DNA of 64,000 nucleotides from Octopus vulgaris (Eukaryota): assembly GCA_951406725.2 (NCBI GenBank), contig OX597817.1, forward strand, positions 151,032,001 through 151,096,000. Direction: 5' to 3'. Of the stretch, positions 1 to 13,517 are shown one piece after another. The notes beneath the pieces were generated by a model, which did not search any database, had not been told where the DNA came from, and saw nothing but the letters and a program-made list of their open reading frames with translations. The position numbers and the translations under genes were made by a program. How positions within the stretch are numbered: the first letter of the stretch is position 1; the number at the start of each line of letters is the position of its first letter.

Positions 1-2346
1 TTTTAACATTACTGTGGTCTATAATTGTTGGTCTGTTTTAAAATTCAATTGATTATATTATTCTTAATTATCAAAATTACATTTTCTCTGTTATATGATA
101 ATGGTTTCAAATTTTACCACAAGGACAGCCATTTTGGGGGAGGGGATGTGTCGATTACATCGACCCTAGTGTTCAACTGGTACTTAATTTATCAACCCCG
201 AAAGGATGAAAGGCAAAGTCGACCTTGGCAGAATTTGAACTCTGAACATAGCGGCAGATAAAATACCTATTTCTTTACTGCCCACAAGGGGCTAAACACA
301 GAGGGGACAAGCAAGGATGGACAAACGGATTAAGTCGATTATATCGACTCCAGTGTGTAACTGGTACTTAATTTATCGACCCCGAAAGGATGAAAGGCAA
401 AGCCGACCATTGCAGAATTTGAACTCTGAACGTAGTGGCAGATGAAAAACCGCTAAGCATTTCGCCCGGAGTACTAACGATTCTAACAGCTCACGACCTT
501 ATATGATAATAGAGATAGAGAAAACTATCTTTGAAATTAGAAAATAAAATTTTTTTTTTTTTTTATTATGCAAATTTCTTTATAGTCAGTATTCTCATCA
601 ACCATCCACACCCTCATTGCAATAGCAACATCAAAACCCATTCACCTACACATACTTTCTTCATAAATTCTGAGATTTTTTTTTGCCATTTATAAGTATC
701 AATTATTAAGAAATTCTTTAATAAATATTGGTTTTTTAATGTTTTTGAACTTCATTTGGTTTTGTGGAACAGTGTTGCCAAAAATAAAATGATCATTCAT
801 TTGTTAATGATATAATCTCTATTTGAATTGCTAAGCATATTGTTTCTAATTAAATAACCAAAAAAGGAGACTTTACATAGTTGTTTGGCCTGCTGGAAAT
901 AACTACCAATTCTCTCCCCAATCACTATCTTAAAAGTAAAGAAACTTCTGAAAAATAAGTGGGTGGATGGTCACAGCCAGCCATTAGTCACTCTTTATTA
1001 GTTGATGGATTTTTTTTTTAGATGTCACATTTGGTGATTAATAGTATCTTTGGATACAGATATTTTGTGGGCCTATTACAAGTTCATTGCATTTAATAAT
1101 GAGCTTATTCTATACAGTGCTCAGAAAAGGGTTAAAAAGGAGACAAAGCAGCGATAAATCAAATAAAAATGGCAGTGATAGCCAAGACTTTATGTGCAAT
1201 GCATAAGACAAAAAAGTGATTAGTAAAAGAAACATAAAGAACAAAAAAAAAAAAGACATAAATGTGTCAGGAGTAGTGATGGTGAATTTTGGGAAGCATG
1301 AACATTTTTAAAGAAAACTGTCCTAACAGTTAATGACTGATAATTTGTTTAGTTTATGCGTCAATAATTGTAATTGTAGGTTCTTGATTTCTAATGGTAA
1401 ATTAAAGTAGGGTACGTACTATGTATAGCAGTTTTATTTGAAAGCACTGGCTTTTGGTTTTTTTTTAATCTTTACATTTTTTAATTAGTATAAAAATAGA
1501 TTTTTTTTTATATATGTGGCTGTGTGGTAAGTAGCTTGCTTACCAACCACATGGTTCTGGGTTCAGTCCCACTGCATGGCACCTTGGGCAAGTGTTATCT
1601 ACTATAGCCTCAGGCCAACAAAAGCCTTGTGAGTGGATTTGGTAGACAGAAACTAAAAGAAGCCCATCCTATATATGCTGGTGTATTTACGTCTCCGTAA
1701 CTTAGCAGTTTGGCAAAAGAGACCGATAGAATAAATACTAGGCTTACAAAGAATAAGTCCTGGGGTTGATTTGCTCAACTAAAGGCGGTGCTCCAGCATG
1801 GTCACAGTCAAATGACTGAAATAAGTAAAAAAGTAGAGTATACATATATGATGGGGGTTTTGCACGTTTTCCATCTAAATTTCTCTCAGTGAATTGGTCG
1901 ACCTGATGCAATGGTAAAAACACCTGAAGTAATGTGCAGTGAGGTATCTTACAACTATATAATTGATTACAAAGTAAACTTCTTTATCACACAGTGATAT
2001 TCACACAAGAGTCTTCCACCATAGTCCCAAGTGAATGAAAACCTTGTGAGTTAGATCTGGTAGATGGAAACTGAAAAGAGACTGTCATGTTTGTGTGTGT
2101 GTGTGTATATGTAAAATGGGAAGACATGTGGCTATGTGGTTAGAGGTATTTGGCTCATGATCACAAGTTTGTGAGTTCAATTCCTAGCAATGTGTTGTGT
2201 CCTTGAGCAAGACACTCATTTCACATTACTCCAGTCCACTCAGCTGGCAAAAATGAGTAGTTCCTGTATTTCAAAGGGCCAGCTTTGTCACATTCTGTGC
2301 CACACTGAATCTCCCTGAGTACCATGTTAAGGGTATACATGTCTGT

Positions 2347-2751
2347 AAAGGCGGCGAGCTGGCAGAAACGTTAGCATGCCAGGCGAAATGCGTAGCCGTA
2401 TTTCGTCTGAGTTCAAATTCCGTCGAGGTCGACTTTGCCTTTCATCCTTTCGGGGTCGATAAATAAAGTACCAGTTACACACTGGGGTCGATGTAATCGA
2501 CTTAATCCGTGTGTCTGTCCTTGTTTGTCCTCTCTGTGTTTAGCCCCTTGTGGGTAGTAAAGAAATAGGTATTTCTTCTGCCGCTACGTTCTGAGTTCAA
2601 ATTCTGCCGAGGTTGACTTCGCCTTTCATCCTTTCGGGGTTAATAAATTAAGTACCAGTTATGCACTGGGGTCGATATAATCGACTTAATCCGTTTGTCT
2701 GTCCTTGTTTGTCTTCTCTGTGTTTAGCCCTTTGTGGGTAGTAAAGAAATA
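2347..2751 (+). mobile_element. SINE family A dimer with 15-bp TSD, nested in another tRNA SINE (2120-2850)
   Basis: Head ggcggcgagctggcagaaacgttagc, B box gagttcaaattcc; TSD ggtatacatgtctgt at 2332-2346 and 2752-2766. Other A copies near 104, 3060, 5470, 23842, 24997, 29425, 32390, 34456 and 53185. Confidence 0.88.
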
Positions 2752-3352
2752 GGTATACATGTCTGTGGAGTGCTCAGCCACTTGCTTGTTAATTTCATGA
2801 ACAGACTGTTTTATTGATCGGATCAACTGGAACCCTCATCGTAACTGACAAAATGTCAGAAAAAAGAAATGTGAAACGATTAGAAAATGCATTAAGGAGA
2901 GCACAATAAAATGGATTTTAAGTAGCATACTAGAAATGCAAGTCCAGAAAACTAATTTAATAAAGAGATGTCTCCATACGAATATAAATACAAGGCATGG
3001 CTGTGTGGTTCGGCAGTTCGCTTCCTAACCCCATAGTTTTAGTCTCACTGTGTAATACCTATTTCTTTACTACACACAGAGAGGACAAACAGATTAAGTC
3101 GATTATATTGAGCCCAGTGCGTAACTGGTACTTAATTTATCGACCCCGAAAGGATGAAAGGCAAAGTCAACCTCGGCGGAATTTGAACTCAGAACATAGC
3201 ACCAGACGAAATAACGCTAAGCATTTCGCCCGGTGTGCTAACGTTTCTGCCAACTTGCCGCCTTGTCACTGTGTAATACCTTCAGCAAGTAACTTCTTGC
3301 TATAGTCCTGGGCTGACCAAAGCCTTGCAAGTGGATTGTGGGTTTGGTTAAC

Positions 3353-4866
3353 TGTTGAGATGAGAGTTATGACACCCCCTTGCGAGAGATAGACTTGTCT
3401 GAGTAAAGTAAAAATCGTAGCAATCCAAGTGAGTTTAGAGTTTGGAGCCGAGTGAAGTTTGTGTTAGTTTGTTGTGAAGTTGGAAGGTGTTAGTTCACAA
3501 GGAATATTGATTTTTGGTTCATAATGAGATTTGTTAGTCCATTGTTTTTACTGTTGTCTGTTTATCTTATTTATAGTACATTAGAAATTATGGCGGTGAG
3601 GGTTTCAAAGCTCACATAGGTCATTTAACAGTTTGTGATACAACTTGTTAAATAAAGGAAGACTTATTAGCTTTCATAGTATAGTTGCAAAAGCAACAGG
3701 AGTTGCAGAAACAACTATTACAGCTACAACTACAACAATAATAATTATTGGAACTATATTCAAAGAAGTCCAAAAATGAGGTAAGTTTGTTTTTGCCAGG
3801 CAGTGTTATGATCTTGATTTCTGAATTTAGTTATAATCCAGAGGAAGGTATGATTTTTGCATCATACTACAGAAAGTATGAGATTTTTAAGCAAGAAAAT
3901 TCGTGCATGTAAAAATAAATGGAATACATACCAAACTTCAATTGGATACTGGAAGTGATATTTCAATAATAAATATGGACACATGGAATAAAATAGGGAA
4001 ACTTATGTTGAGAAAAACAGCAAAATCTGGTCATAGTGTGATGGGCGACAAATTATATTTCATGGGCAAAATGTAGACTAATGTCACATTTTGAGGGAAA
4101 ACATGCAAGGCAAAAGTCTTTGTTGTTAAAAATGCTACCGATCTGTTTGGTACTGATTGGTTAGAATTATTCGATCTATGGGACCTCCCCATAAATCTCT
4201 ATTGCGAGAACATAAATGATTGTCCCTCTAAAAATAATTCATCTGAAGAGTTAAAGAGAAAATTTTTAAAAATGTTTCTGCAATTGTTCTTGGACAAACT
4301 AGCCTATAGTCCAGGATACAAATCGACTATGCAGGACCAGTGAATGGCTCATACTATCTAATCATCGTGGATAGGTATACAAAGTAGCCAGAGGTATGCA
4401 GATGTAAAAAACTCACAGCAAAGACAACAGGAGGTGCAATGGCCCAGTGGTTAGGGCAGCGGACTCATGGTTGGAGGATCGCGGTTTCGATTCCCAGACT
4501 CGGCGTTGTGTGTGTTTATTAAGCAAAATACACCTAAAGCTCCACGAGGCTCCGGCAAGGGGGGTGGGACGACCCCTGTTGTACTCTTTCGCTCCAACTT
4601 TCTCTCACTCTTTCTTCCTGTTTCTTGTCCCCGACTTCCTATGCAACCGCTGAGCCTGGATGCGCATTCATCCATCCGTCGATGCTCTCGTTGTCGAGGG
4701 TTGACCTTCTTTCTCTTCTGCGGGTCTTACGAATAGCAAAGGACCACGTTTCGGACTTCTCCCACTACAGGACAAAGACCGCTTCGCTCAACAAACAAAC
4801 AAGCAAAGACAACAGTAAAGTTCTTGAGTTATTTGCTCAATACAGTGTCCCAGACACATCAGTCTA
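3353..4866 (+). mobile_element. Deleted Ty3/Gypsy LTR retrotransposon remnant (putative LTR, protease, integrase core)
   Basis: TG...CA segment 3353-3580 then tggcg PBS-like site; LDTGSDISII protease motif (~3940); IDYAGPVNGSYYLIIVDRYTK*PEV...LFAQYSVPDT integrase with stops, split by a SINE. Confidence 0.8.
4431..4801 (+). mobile_element. tRNA-derived SINE (family D) with 14-bp TSD
   Basis: A-box tggcccagtggttag, B-box-like ggtttcgattccc, (caaa)n tail, TSD agcaaagacaacag at 4417-4430 and 4802-4815. Confidence 0.85.
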
Positions 4867-6569
4867 ATGAAGTGGTGAGGGTGGACTGTTGTGTTCTTCA
4901 GTAAAGGCTTTGTAAAGGCTGAGGGAATCAATGGGATGAAGTGGACTAATGTGGTCTCTTACACATAAGACTGGCGGAGGGATGAAGGTAGGTTGATGAG
5001 GGGTAAAGTAAGCAATAAGGTGTTGAGGGTGGGGGTGAAGGCATCAAATGGCATAAAGTGTGTAGGTGGGGCAGCAAGGTATATGATGTATGCTTGGCTG
5101 AGCACAATGTATCTTAGCCTCTAAAAACCATACTCATTTCAGGGTATGTTTTGCCATAGGTAGTTGGTCATTTGCAGCCAATCGGTACATAAATGTGACA
5201 GCTTAAAAAAATGAATGAAGTGGGGGGATTACTTAGGAACACTTTCTGCATGAACACGTAGTGAAGCTGAAGATAAGATGCAGAAGGCTGTAAAAGCAGA
5301 AAACAAAAAACTTAAAATACACCTTAAGTGCAGAGAAAATTATCATTAGTTCTGGTTAATTGTAGTGAAGAAAGGCAAGGGAGACAACTCTAAAATTCAA
5401 ATTTACGAGGCATTTAAGTGGGAAGTGACTGTCATCTTTGGCAAGTACAGTTACAACTCAAGTCTATTGGTTTCAAATTTTGGCACAAGGCCGGCAATAT
5501 CGGTGCTGGAGCTTAGTTGATTAAATCAAATCCAATGCCCAACTGACACTTATTTTGTTGACCCTGAAAGGATGAAAGGCAAAGTCGACCTCAGTGGATT
5601 TTGAACTCAGAGTATGAAGATGGAAGAAATGCCTATTTCTTTACTAGCCTCAAGAGGCTAAACACAGAGAGGACAAACAAGGACAGACAAACGGATTAAG
5701 TCGATTATATCGACCCCAGTGCGTAACTGGTCCTTAATTTATCGACCCCGAAAGGATGAAAGGTAAAGTCGACCTCGGCAGAATTTGAACTCAGAACATA
5801 ACAGCAGATGAAATACCTATTTCTTTACTACCCACAAGGGGCTAAACACAGACAAACGGATTAAGTCGATTATATCGACCCCAGTGCGTAACTGGTACTT
5901 ATTTAATCGACCCCGAAAGGATGAAAGGCAAAGTCGACCTTGGCAGAATTTGAACTCAGAATGTAGCGGCAGACGAAATACCGCTAAGCATTTTGCCTGG
6001 TGTGCTAACGGTTCTGCCAGCTGGCCACATTAACAACTCAAGTCTATTAACATAATTTAATAAAGTGATGTATATTTCCATGCAAATATGAAAATATAAA
6101 GATATGGTTGTGTAGTTTGGAAGTTTACTTCCCAACCATGTGGTTTTGGGTTCAGTCCCACTTTGTGGCTCCTTTGGCAAGTGTCTTCTGCTATGGTCCT
6201 ACGCTGGTGAAAGTTTTGTGAGTGGCCTTGGTAGATGGAAACTGAAAGAAATCCATTGTATGTGTGTGTGTACATGTTCGAGTGTGTGTACATGTATCCT
6301 TGTTTTGACATCTTGTGGGGGTTGTAAAAACATCAAACGTATTCCCCCATGTTTACAAGTAAAAGCATGAAAACATGGGGAAATATTACCTTGCTTGGGG
6401 GAAAAAAAGTGGGGGCTGGCAATAGAAAGGGCATCTGGCTGTAGAAGATTTGCTTTGATTCTATCTGACCTGTGCAAGTATGGAAAAAAATGGATGCTGA
6501 AGAAAATCAGACTGTGTTGCACTTTGTATATTCTTTTAATATCTAATTTTCCTGGGCCTTCTCTGTTCT

Positions 6570-7370
6570 GTTGGCCATGCGATTCAGATGCCAGGTAATC
6601 AATTCTCAAAGATGGTCCTCATCAGTGAGATTGAGGCTGGAGATAGGCCTCACAGACGTCCAAACTTTATTTTTATGATCATCTCAAACAGTCTCTCATT
6701 ATATACCACATCCCTTCCAATTGGTTGGAGCCCTTGGCTGTTAATCAGAAGGTATGGAGGTCCACATGTGATGCTGCAGTAGAGCACTCTGAAACCAAAA
6801 AACCAAACGCAGGAGAAGATAAGAAAAGAGAAGATATTGCCATCAACCTCTTGCAACTGTTATTTGGGGTTACATTCAGTGCCCTCAGTGTCATAGGATC
6901 TACCTATCTTGTATCGGTCTCATCAGTCACATCTGCTCCCATGAAAAACAATGTACTAGAGGCGGATGAGAATGAATTGTTTTATTTGTTCCTTCTCGAG
7001 CTATGCCTGGCTCATAAGGGCCAGTTTCCCAGTTTCCTTGGCATATAGGTTCCCCACCTGGATGGGACGCCGGTCCGTCACATGTGAGCTGCAAGATGCA
7101 GGAGGAGGAAAGAGTGAGAGAAAGTTGTGGTGAAAGAGTCAGCAGAAGTTCGCCATTTCCTTCTACCGGAGCTGCGTGGAGCTTAGGTGTTTCGCTCATA
7201 AACACACACATCGCCCGGTCTGAGATTTAAACCCGCAATCCCTCGACTGCAAGTCCACTGCTCTAACCACTAGGCCTTGTGCCTCCACTGATGAGAATGA
7301 ATGTCTTGGATTGGTGCTGTCATTTTCTTTGATGGGATGTTAAAAGCAAGCAGCAAGAAAAGCAAGCATC
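6570..7370 (+). mobile_element. RTE-clade LINE 3' remnant with C-terminal zinc finger
   Basis: GHAIQMP...GDRPHRRP...LEPLAVNQKVWRS...CPQCHRIYLSCIGLISHICSH across frameshifts; SINE inserted in its 3' UTR; (aagc)n-like tail. Confidence 0.75.
6978..7289 (-). mobile_element. SINE with family D head and a different tail, 13-bp TSD
   Basis: Same tRNA-like head; TSD gatgagaatgaat at 6965-6977 and 7290-7302. Confidence 0.8.
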
Positions 7371-7746
7371 AGACATGAAACATAGTGACACATTTAGCTA
7401 TTGTATATAACATGGTTTTATTATTAGATATAAAAGGTAATATTTATATATTCAAGTAAAATGCTTCTTTTATATTTTACAAGAAATAATTTGCACTATT
7501 TAATTGTTATCAATTCAAAGATAAATATATTTTTTTACTTTAACAAGATGTGGGTAGTGTATGTGTGTGTGGCACATGAACCTACTTAATTATATAACTA
7601 ACATTTAAAAAGAAACCTGTATGAATATATTTTGTTTATTTTGTAGTTTTATTTTATTAAATTCTGCTTTCATTTTTGCAGATGTTGAGTTGCTTTCTTG
7701 TTGGTCTATGACAACATGTTATTATATGTTATAATTTGCTCACATT

Positions 7747-7952
7747 TCATTGTTGTTCATTATCCCTAGAGTTATTTAAATCAATGAGCTGGTCTTCTTG
7801 AAAATTTAAATCCTTTTCAAAAGAATAATAGCTTTGGCTACTATTAGGACGTTTAAATAGTATTTTCTTCAGTTTTGATCCTGATAATACCTGCTTACGG
7901 TGAATTATCTTTTCCAAGAGAGCATCACTTTCTCTGAGTAGTTGCTGAATAA
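7747..7952 (-). CDS. Terminal coding exon (IQQLLRESDALLEKII...DNEQQ*)
   Basis: ctttgcag acceptor, phase 1, TGA at 7747-7749; AATAAA motifs on the minus strand near 7635-7657. Confidence 0.8.
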
Positions 7953-8271
7953 CTGCAAAGAAAACAGACACAATTTGAATTAATAGTAAAAAGAGAATGG
8001 AGATAAAAAAAAATATTTATGTCTTTTTCTTATTCTTTACTCCTTTTCTTTCCTTCTGTCTTCTTCTATCTCAATAAGTGAATGCAAGAGGTGATTGGAT
8101 GCAGCTGCTTGGAAGCTGACAATTTAGCATGGCTATCTAGACATTCAGTAATAATAATACTTTCAACTATAGGCACAAGGCCTGGAATTTGAACGCGGAA
8201 CGTAGCGACAGATGAAATATGGCTAAGCATTTCACCCAGTGTGCTAATGATTCTGCTAGCTTGCTGCCTTT

Positions 8272-8313
8272 ATAATAATGATAATAATGATAATAATAAT
8301 GATAATAATAATG

Positions 8314-8365
<52 letters not shown>

Positions 8366-8377
8366 TAATAATAATAA
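8272..8377. repeat. (AAT)n microsatellite
   Basis: Direct reading; a similar tract lies at 13121-13200. Confidence 0.95.
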
Positions 8378-9295
8378 GCTTATAAATTATTCATTCAAAT
8401 GAAAAGAAATGGTGACGTTATTTAAAAACAGGTTTGCATCTTCGAACTTGGAGCTGAGAAAAGTAATAAGGAGGATACAGGAGGCATTCGACAAAGCCAG
8501 CTTCTATATATGGCTGAAACAAGAAGACTCCAAATGGCTTGAAAGCCATAACATGCTGACTGGTAAATAGTGTCACTAGGTGAGGCAGGCCAAGATATCG
8601 ATCTCATTCATAGCATACCCTCCTCTTGGTTTGAAGGCTTGTACCACCAAAGAGTTGGTTGGCTCTGGCTGCTGGAACTGAAACTAACATGATACTGTTG
8701 GAAGGCAAGTTTAGAGAGGGTGCAGGCTAAAACTATGCGTCCTTCCCTTCCATTGGTCAGTTGAAGCTTAGACAATGTTGCATGACAGTTAGCTGGCTAC
8801 TTGAGCCTACTGGCAAGTATTTAAAGGGAAATTTGGCAGGATGGTCATTCACCCACCGATGTTCATTGATGCTGCATTGAAGAAACCAAAGAACAAAAGA
8901 AAAAATGCACTGAAGACCAGAGCTGAAGACACCTCCGAAGGTTGGGGGCAGAAGTAGAGGCTGAAACAGGATGTGGTTCCTCCTGATGATGTCTTTAGCC
9001 ACTGGATCCTATAAAGGAGCGGTTGAGGTAGCGAACCACACAATGTGGTAGGAATTCCTCCTGAATAAGCTTTACATTTGATAGAATAACATGAATGCTA
9101 AAGTGTTAAATAGTACTGAAAGCGGACATATAAGTCAAGTAAAGAGTGACAGCACGTACATTTGTATCTCAGATTATGCAGTTGTGATATGACTATAACT
9201 GAAAAAGAAAATATGGTTTCAGATCTATTAAACTTTATCTTTTGTGGTTCTGATCAATAAATGAAAATAGAGAAATCAGAAGAAATGTGACATAC

Positions 9296-9445
9296 ACTCT
9301 ATATCACTGTCTTGAGAACGTTCCATTTCGCAATGAATACAGTTCTCTCTGTTGCTTGAGTTCACCTGATGCAGTGCATGAAGCAGGAAGGATGAAAACA
9401 ACTTGTAATTTGGTGCACAAAACCTGCCATGCCACAGAATGAAAC
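9296..9445 (-). CDS. Exon 23 (GFILWHGRFCAPNY...NCIHCE)
   Basis: ttcccag acceptor, t|gtatgt donor, 150 nt, phase 1-1. Confidence 0.85.
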
Positions 9446-10082
9446 CTGGGAAGAAAAACAAAAAGAATTCTAATTAGGTAAATTTTTATTGTAAAAAAGA
9501 AACAAATATTAGTGTGAACACTTGGCAGTTAAACTCCTCTTCCTCCTCCTCTTCCCCTCCCCCTCCTGTGTGTGTATATGTTTGTGTGTCTGTGTTTGTC
9601 TCCCCAACATCGCTTGACAACCGATGCTGGTGTGTTTACGTCCCTGTAACTTAGCGGTTCAACAAAAGAGACTGATAGAACAAGTACTGGGCTGACAAAG
9701 AATAAGTCCTGGGGTTGATTTGCTCAACTAAAAGGCGGTGCTCCAGCATGACCACAGTCACATGACTGAAACAAGTAAAAGAGTAAAAGAGAGAGAGAGA
9801 GAGAGAGAGAAGGATCATAAACAGTCATCTGTTTGTGATCTCAGGTTGGCTGTGGAAGTAGCAGTGGTTGTTTCAAGGTGGTAGTGGATCAGGGGGTGTG
9901 TCAGCCCTGGAAAGGTGTGTGATGCCAGGGGTAGTGCTTACTGGACACAAGATGGAACGTCAACAACTTTGGTTGCACAGAGAACTGGAAATGATTGTCA
10001 GTGACACTCGTTTACAACCATCACAGAATTTCAAGACAAGAAAACGTGCACACACACACACACAATGGGCTTCTTTCAGTTT

Positions 10083-10786
10083 CTTATTTCTTTATTGCCC
10101 ACAAGCGGCTAAACATAGAGGGAACAAGCAAGGACAAACGGATTAAGTCGATTACATCAACTCCAGTGTGTAACTGGTACTCAATTTATTGACCCCGAAA
10201 GGATGAAAGGCAAAGTTGACCTCGGCGGAATTTGAACTCAGAACATAACGGCAGACGAAATACCGGCTAAACATAGAGGGAACAAGCAAGGACAAACGGA
10301 TTAAGTTGATTACATCAACTCCAGTGTGTAACTGGTACTCAATTTATTGACCCCGAAAGGATGAAGGGCAAAGTTGACCTCGGCGGAATTTGAACTCAGA
10401 ACGTAACGGCAGACGAAATACCGGCTAAACATAGAGGGAACAAGCAAGGACAAATGGATTAAGTCGATTACATCAACTCCAGTGTGTAACTGGTACTCAA
10501 TTTATTGACCCCGAAAGGATGAAAGGCAAAGTTGACCTCGGCGGAATTTGAACTCAGAACGTAACGGCAGACGAAATACCGGCTAAACATAGAGGGAACA
10601 AGCAAGGACAAACGGATTAAGTCGATTACATCAACTCCAGTGTGTAACTGGTACTCAATTTATTGACCCCGAGAGGATGAAAGGCAAAGTTGACCTTGGC
10701 GGAATTTGAACTCAGAACGTAACGGCAGATGAAATACCGCTAAGCATTTCGCCCGGCGTGCTAACGATTCTGCCAGCTCACTGCCT
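10083..10786 (-). mobile_element. SINE family A with four tandem 158-bp body units
   Basis: ggctaaacatagaggg recurs at 10107, 10265, 10423 and 10581; single tRNA-like head at the 10786 end. Confidence 0.9.
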
Positions 10787-10834
10787 TTCTTCAGTTTCTA
10801 TCAAATCCACTCAAGTATTTAAAAATGCCCGTAC

Positions 10835-10933
10835 CCATATTATCAGTCAAAAGAATACTTGGCAGGCCTTCAATTCCAAGATATTGCCTAAGATCTTTTG
10901 TTTCTGTGCATTCATCATCTGGATGTTTGTTTC
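10835..10933 (-). CDS. Exon 22 (DLRQYLGIEGLPSILLTDNM), Trx cis-Pro loop
   Basis: ttttgcag acceptor, g|gtacgg donor, 99 nt, phase 1-1; G.P....D..G motif. Confidence 0.88.
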
Positions 10934-11818
10934 CTGCAAAACAATGAAACAAAAATGGTTTTAAAAGGGACAACAAGAGTAAAAGAAAAAAAGTATATTT
11001 TAATGCACACTTAGTGAAGTTAAGTCATTGTTTTGTTTTGACAGAAATTATTTTCAATATACGCCGTAAAAAGTAGCCATGCTAGCCCCACATAAAAAGC
11101 ATGCAATACATTTTATAAAATGGTTGGTGTTAGGAAGGGCATCCAACTATAGAAACCGTGTCAAAACAGACAACTGGATCTTGGTGCAACTCTCTGAGTC
11201 ACCAGCTCCTGTCAAACGATATAACCCATGCCATCATGGAAAATGGATGCTAAATGATGATGATGATGATGATGATGACTTTTAGGTTTATGGATGACTT
11301 GTAATTTCTATTGGTTTCTTGAGGTCATTACTGAAAAATTAGTGTTCATCTAATGCATCATGGGATAGCTGAACCTCCTTTAAACTATATTCAACAGAAC
11401 ACTCATGGAGTGGTTGGCGTTAGGAAGGGCATCCAACTGTATAAACACTGCAAGATCTGACTGGAGCCTGGCACAGCTTCCTGGTTTCCCAGACCCCGGT
11501 CGAACTGTCCAACCCATGCTAGCACGGAAAACGGACGTTAAACGATGATGATGATGATGATGATGATGATGAAAAGATTAATGAATTTCAAGTTCTTATG
11601 ATTGATGAATGGTGAGAGTATGACAGAAATAGTAAAGATTAAGGCTAAATGCAAGGTAGTATTTAGTTTCATGTGGAGGTACTTGGCTTAGTGGTTAAGG
11701 TATTGCACCCGTGATCATAAGATTGTGGTTTTGATTCCCGGAAGGGGCAATGTGTTGTGTTCTTGAGCAAAACATTTCATTTCATGTTGCTCGATTCCAT
11801 TCAGCTGGCAAAAATGAG

Positions 11819-12301
11819 TACCATAAATCCTCAAGTATAGTCTGCCCTTGAGTATAATACGCAGGGGATTTTTAGGGAGCTGTACCTCTGAAAAACCTAA
11901 ACCTTGTGAATAATACGCACCCCTTCTCTAACTTGAGTCAAGGAGGTCTATATAACATCTTTGGTTTGTAAAACTGTATACGGTAACGTCCTTTATTATT
12001 ATTGTATATATAACATAATGCAAATGTGTAGCTTTTTTGTGCATTTTGTTTGCAGAAAATAGAGAAATAACTGTAATAATGTTTAATAAATGTTGCTTAC
12101 TGCAAGTTATGGATGATTTAAGGTATTTTCGCGCCCGACATCACAAAATGCGTCTGAATAAACATTACCGGACAGCAAATAGAGACTCGGACACTGCTTA
12201 GAAAATAATTTTCATCTTTGACCTCGTATATAGTATGCACTAGGGACTTTGGCCTTTAAATTTTGAAAAAAAATGCAGATTATACTCGAAGATTTATGGT
12301 A
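11819..12301. mobile_element. Tc1/mariner(Tigger)-like MITE, inserted into a SINE
   Basis: TIRs taccataaatcctc.agtata / tatactcgaagatttatggta with TA flanks. Confidence 0.8.
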
Positions 12302-12593
12302 ATCTTGTAACAGACTTGTGTTCCATCCAAGGGGGATCATCCATGCCACAGAATCTGGTAAAACTGGCCTTATAAGCCTAAAGCTCGGAAAAGACCATTG
12401 ATCCTTATTTTTTTATTTAGCTTTATACCTCATTTTAAGGGTGACTAGGCTTCTATTTCTAATCTATCAAGCAAATCTTCATTGCAAATGAACTTTACAA
12501 ACTCTCCCATGATTGGATTTTAGTTTGGCTTGAGAATTAAGTAGTTGGCTCTTGTCTGAAATTCTAAATAGCAATAAGTAGAGAAGTTCTTAC

Positions 12594-12720
12594 CAAGTAT
12601 CATGTGAGAAGAATAGTGCTTGATGGCTGGTTCTTTATTCCAGTCGTTCTCAAGAGAAGTGAGGTGAGAAGAATCTCCTGCTTTACACTGGGTGTCACAG
12701 TTTATACACAGGTAGGAGAA
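12594..12720 (-). CDS. Exon 21 (FSYLCINCD...DWNKEPAIKHY)
   Basis: atatcag acceptor, g|gtaaga donor, 127 nt, phase 0-1; fits the Trx strand after the CXXC helix. Confidence 0.85.
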
Positions 12721-13127
12721 CTGATATGAAATTAAGCAGAACATGGAAAAAACAAACAAAATAAGTAAGAAGATAAGAAAGCTGGCATTTTCAGTAGAAA
12801 AACAAAATGTCTGATTACATTGCAGTACACTGCAAACAAATAAACAATATTTTGATAAATTTTAAGCTTATTTTTTATTATAAAATAACAAATTTATTGT
12901 ATACAGTGCTCAGGTGCACTACTACAGCTCATCAGAAAGAGCAGCCAAAAGTGCATGAAAGTCAATGTAATTGAACATAGTACTCAAAGAGTTCTTATTT
13001 TATTGACCCCGAAAAGATGAAAAGCAAAGATAAATTTGAACCTCAGAACACAAAGATGGATGAAAGGCTGCTAAGAATTTTTTGTCCGGCATGTTACTGT
13101 ATCTGCCACCTCACTGCCTTAATAATG

Positions 13128-13200
<73 letters not shown>

Positions 13201-13421
13201 TAGTAATAGTATTGATTATAATGAAAAGCATGTCTGTTTGACCACCATACTCTTGCTCTGCATAAGATTTGTCCAAAGCATGGCATTTTTGATTTTGACC
13301 AGCATACAGCACTTGCACTTTCTCTCAGCACGATGTTTATTTTGAAACATGGCATTATTGTATAAAAGCATTGTTAATTTTTTTTCCTTTTGCAATAAGT
13401 GAATTTCTTGTATATTTTCTT

Positions 13422-13482
<61 letters not shown>

Positions 13483-13517
13483 TGTATGTATGTGTAAAAA
13501 ATACAAACTGGGACAAG

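Noticed and set aside
4431-4505. Functional tRNA gene
   Set aside because: The tRNA-like head is followed by a SINE body, tail and TSD, and multiple diverged copies exist
7660-7740. Strong plus-strand acceptor tttcatttttgcag suggesting a convergent overlapping gene
   Set aside because: Only a short frame follows and no upstream plus-strand exons could be supported
8420-9060. GC-richer block with several short ORFs in the last intron
   Set aside because: Splicing it in gives an immediate TGA; possibly an old LINE fragment but the motifs are too weak to call
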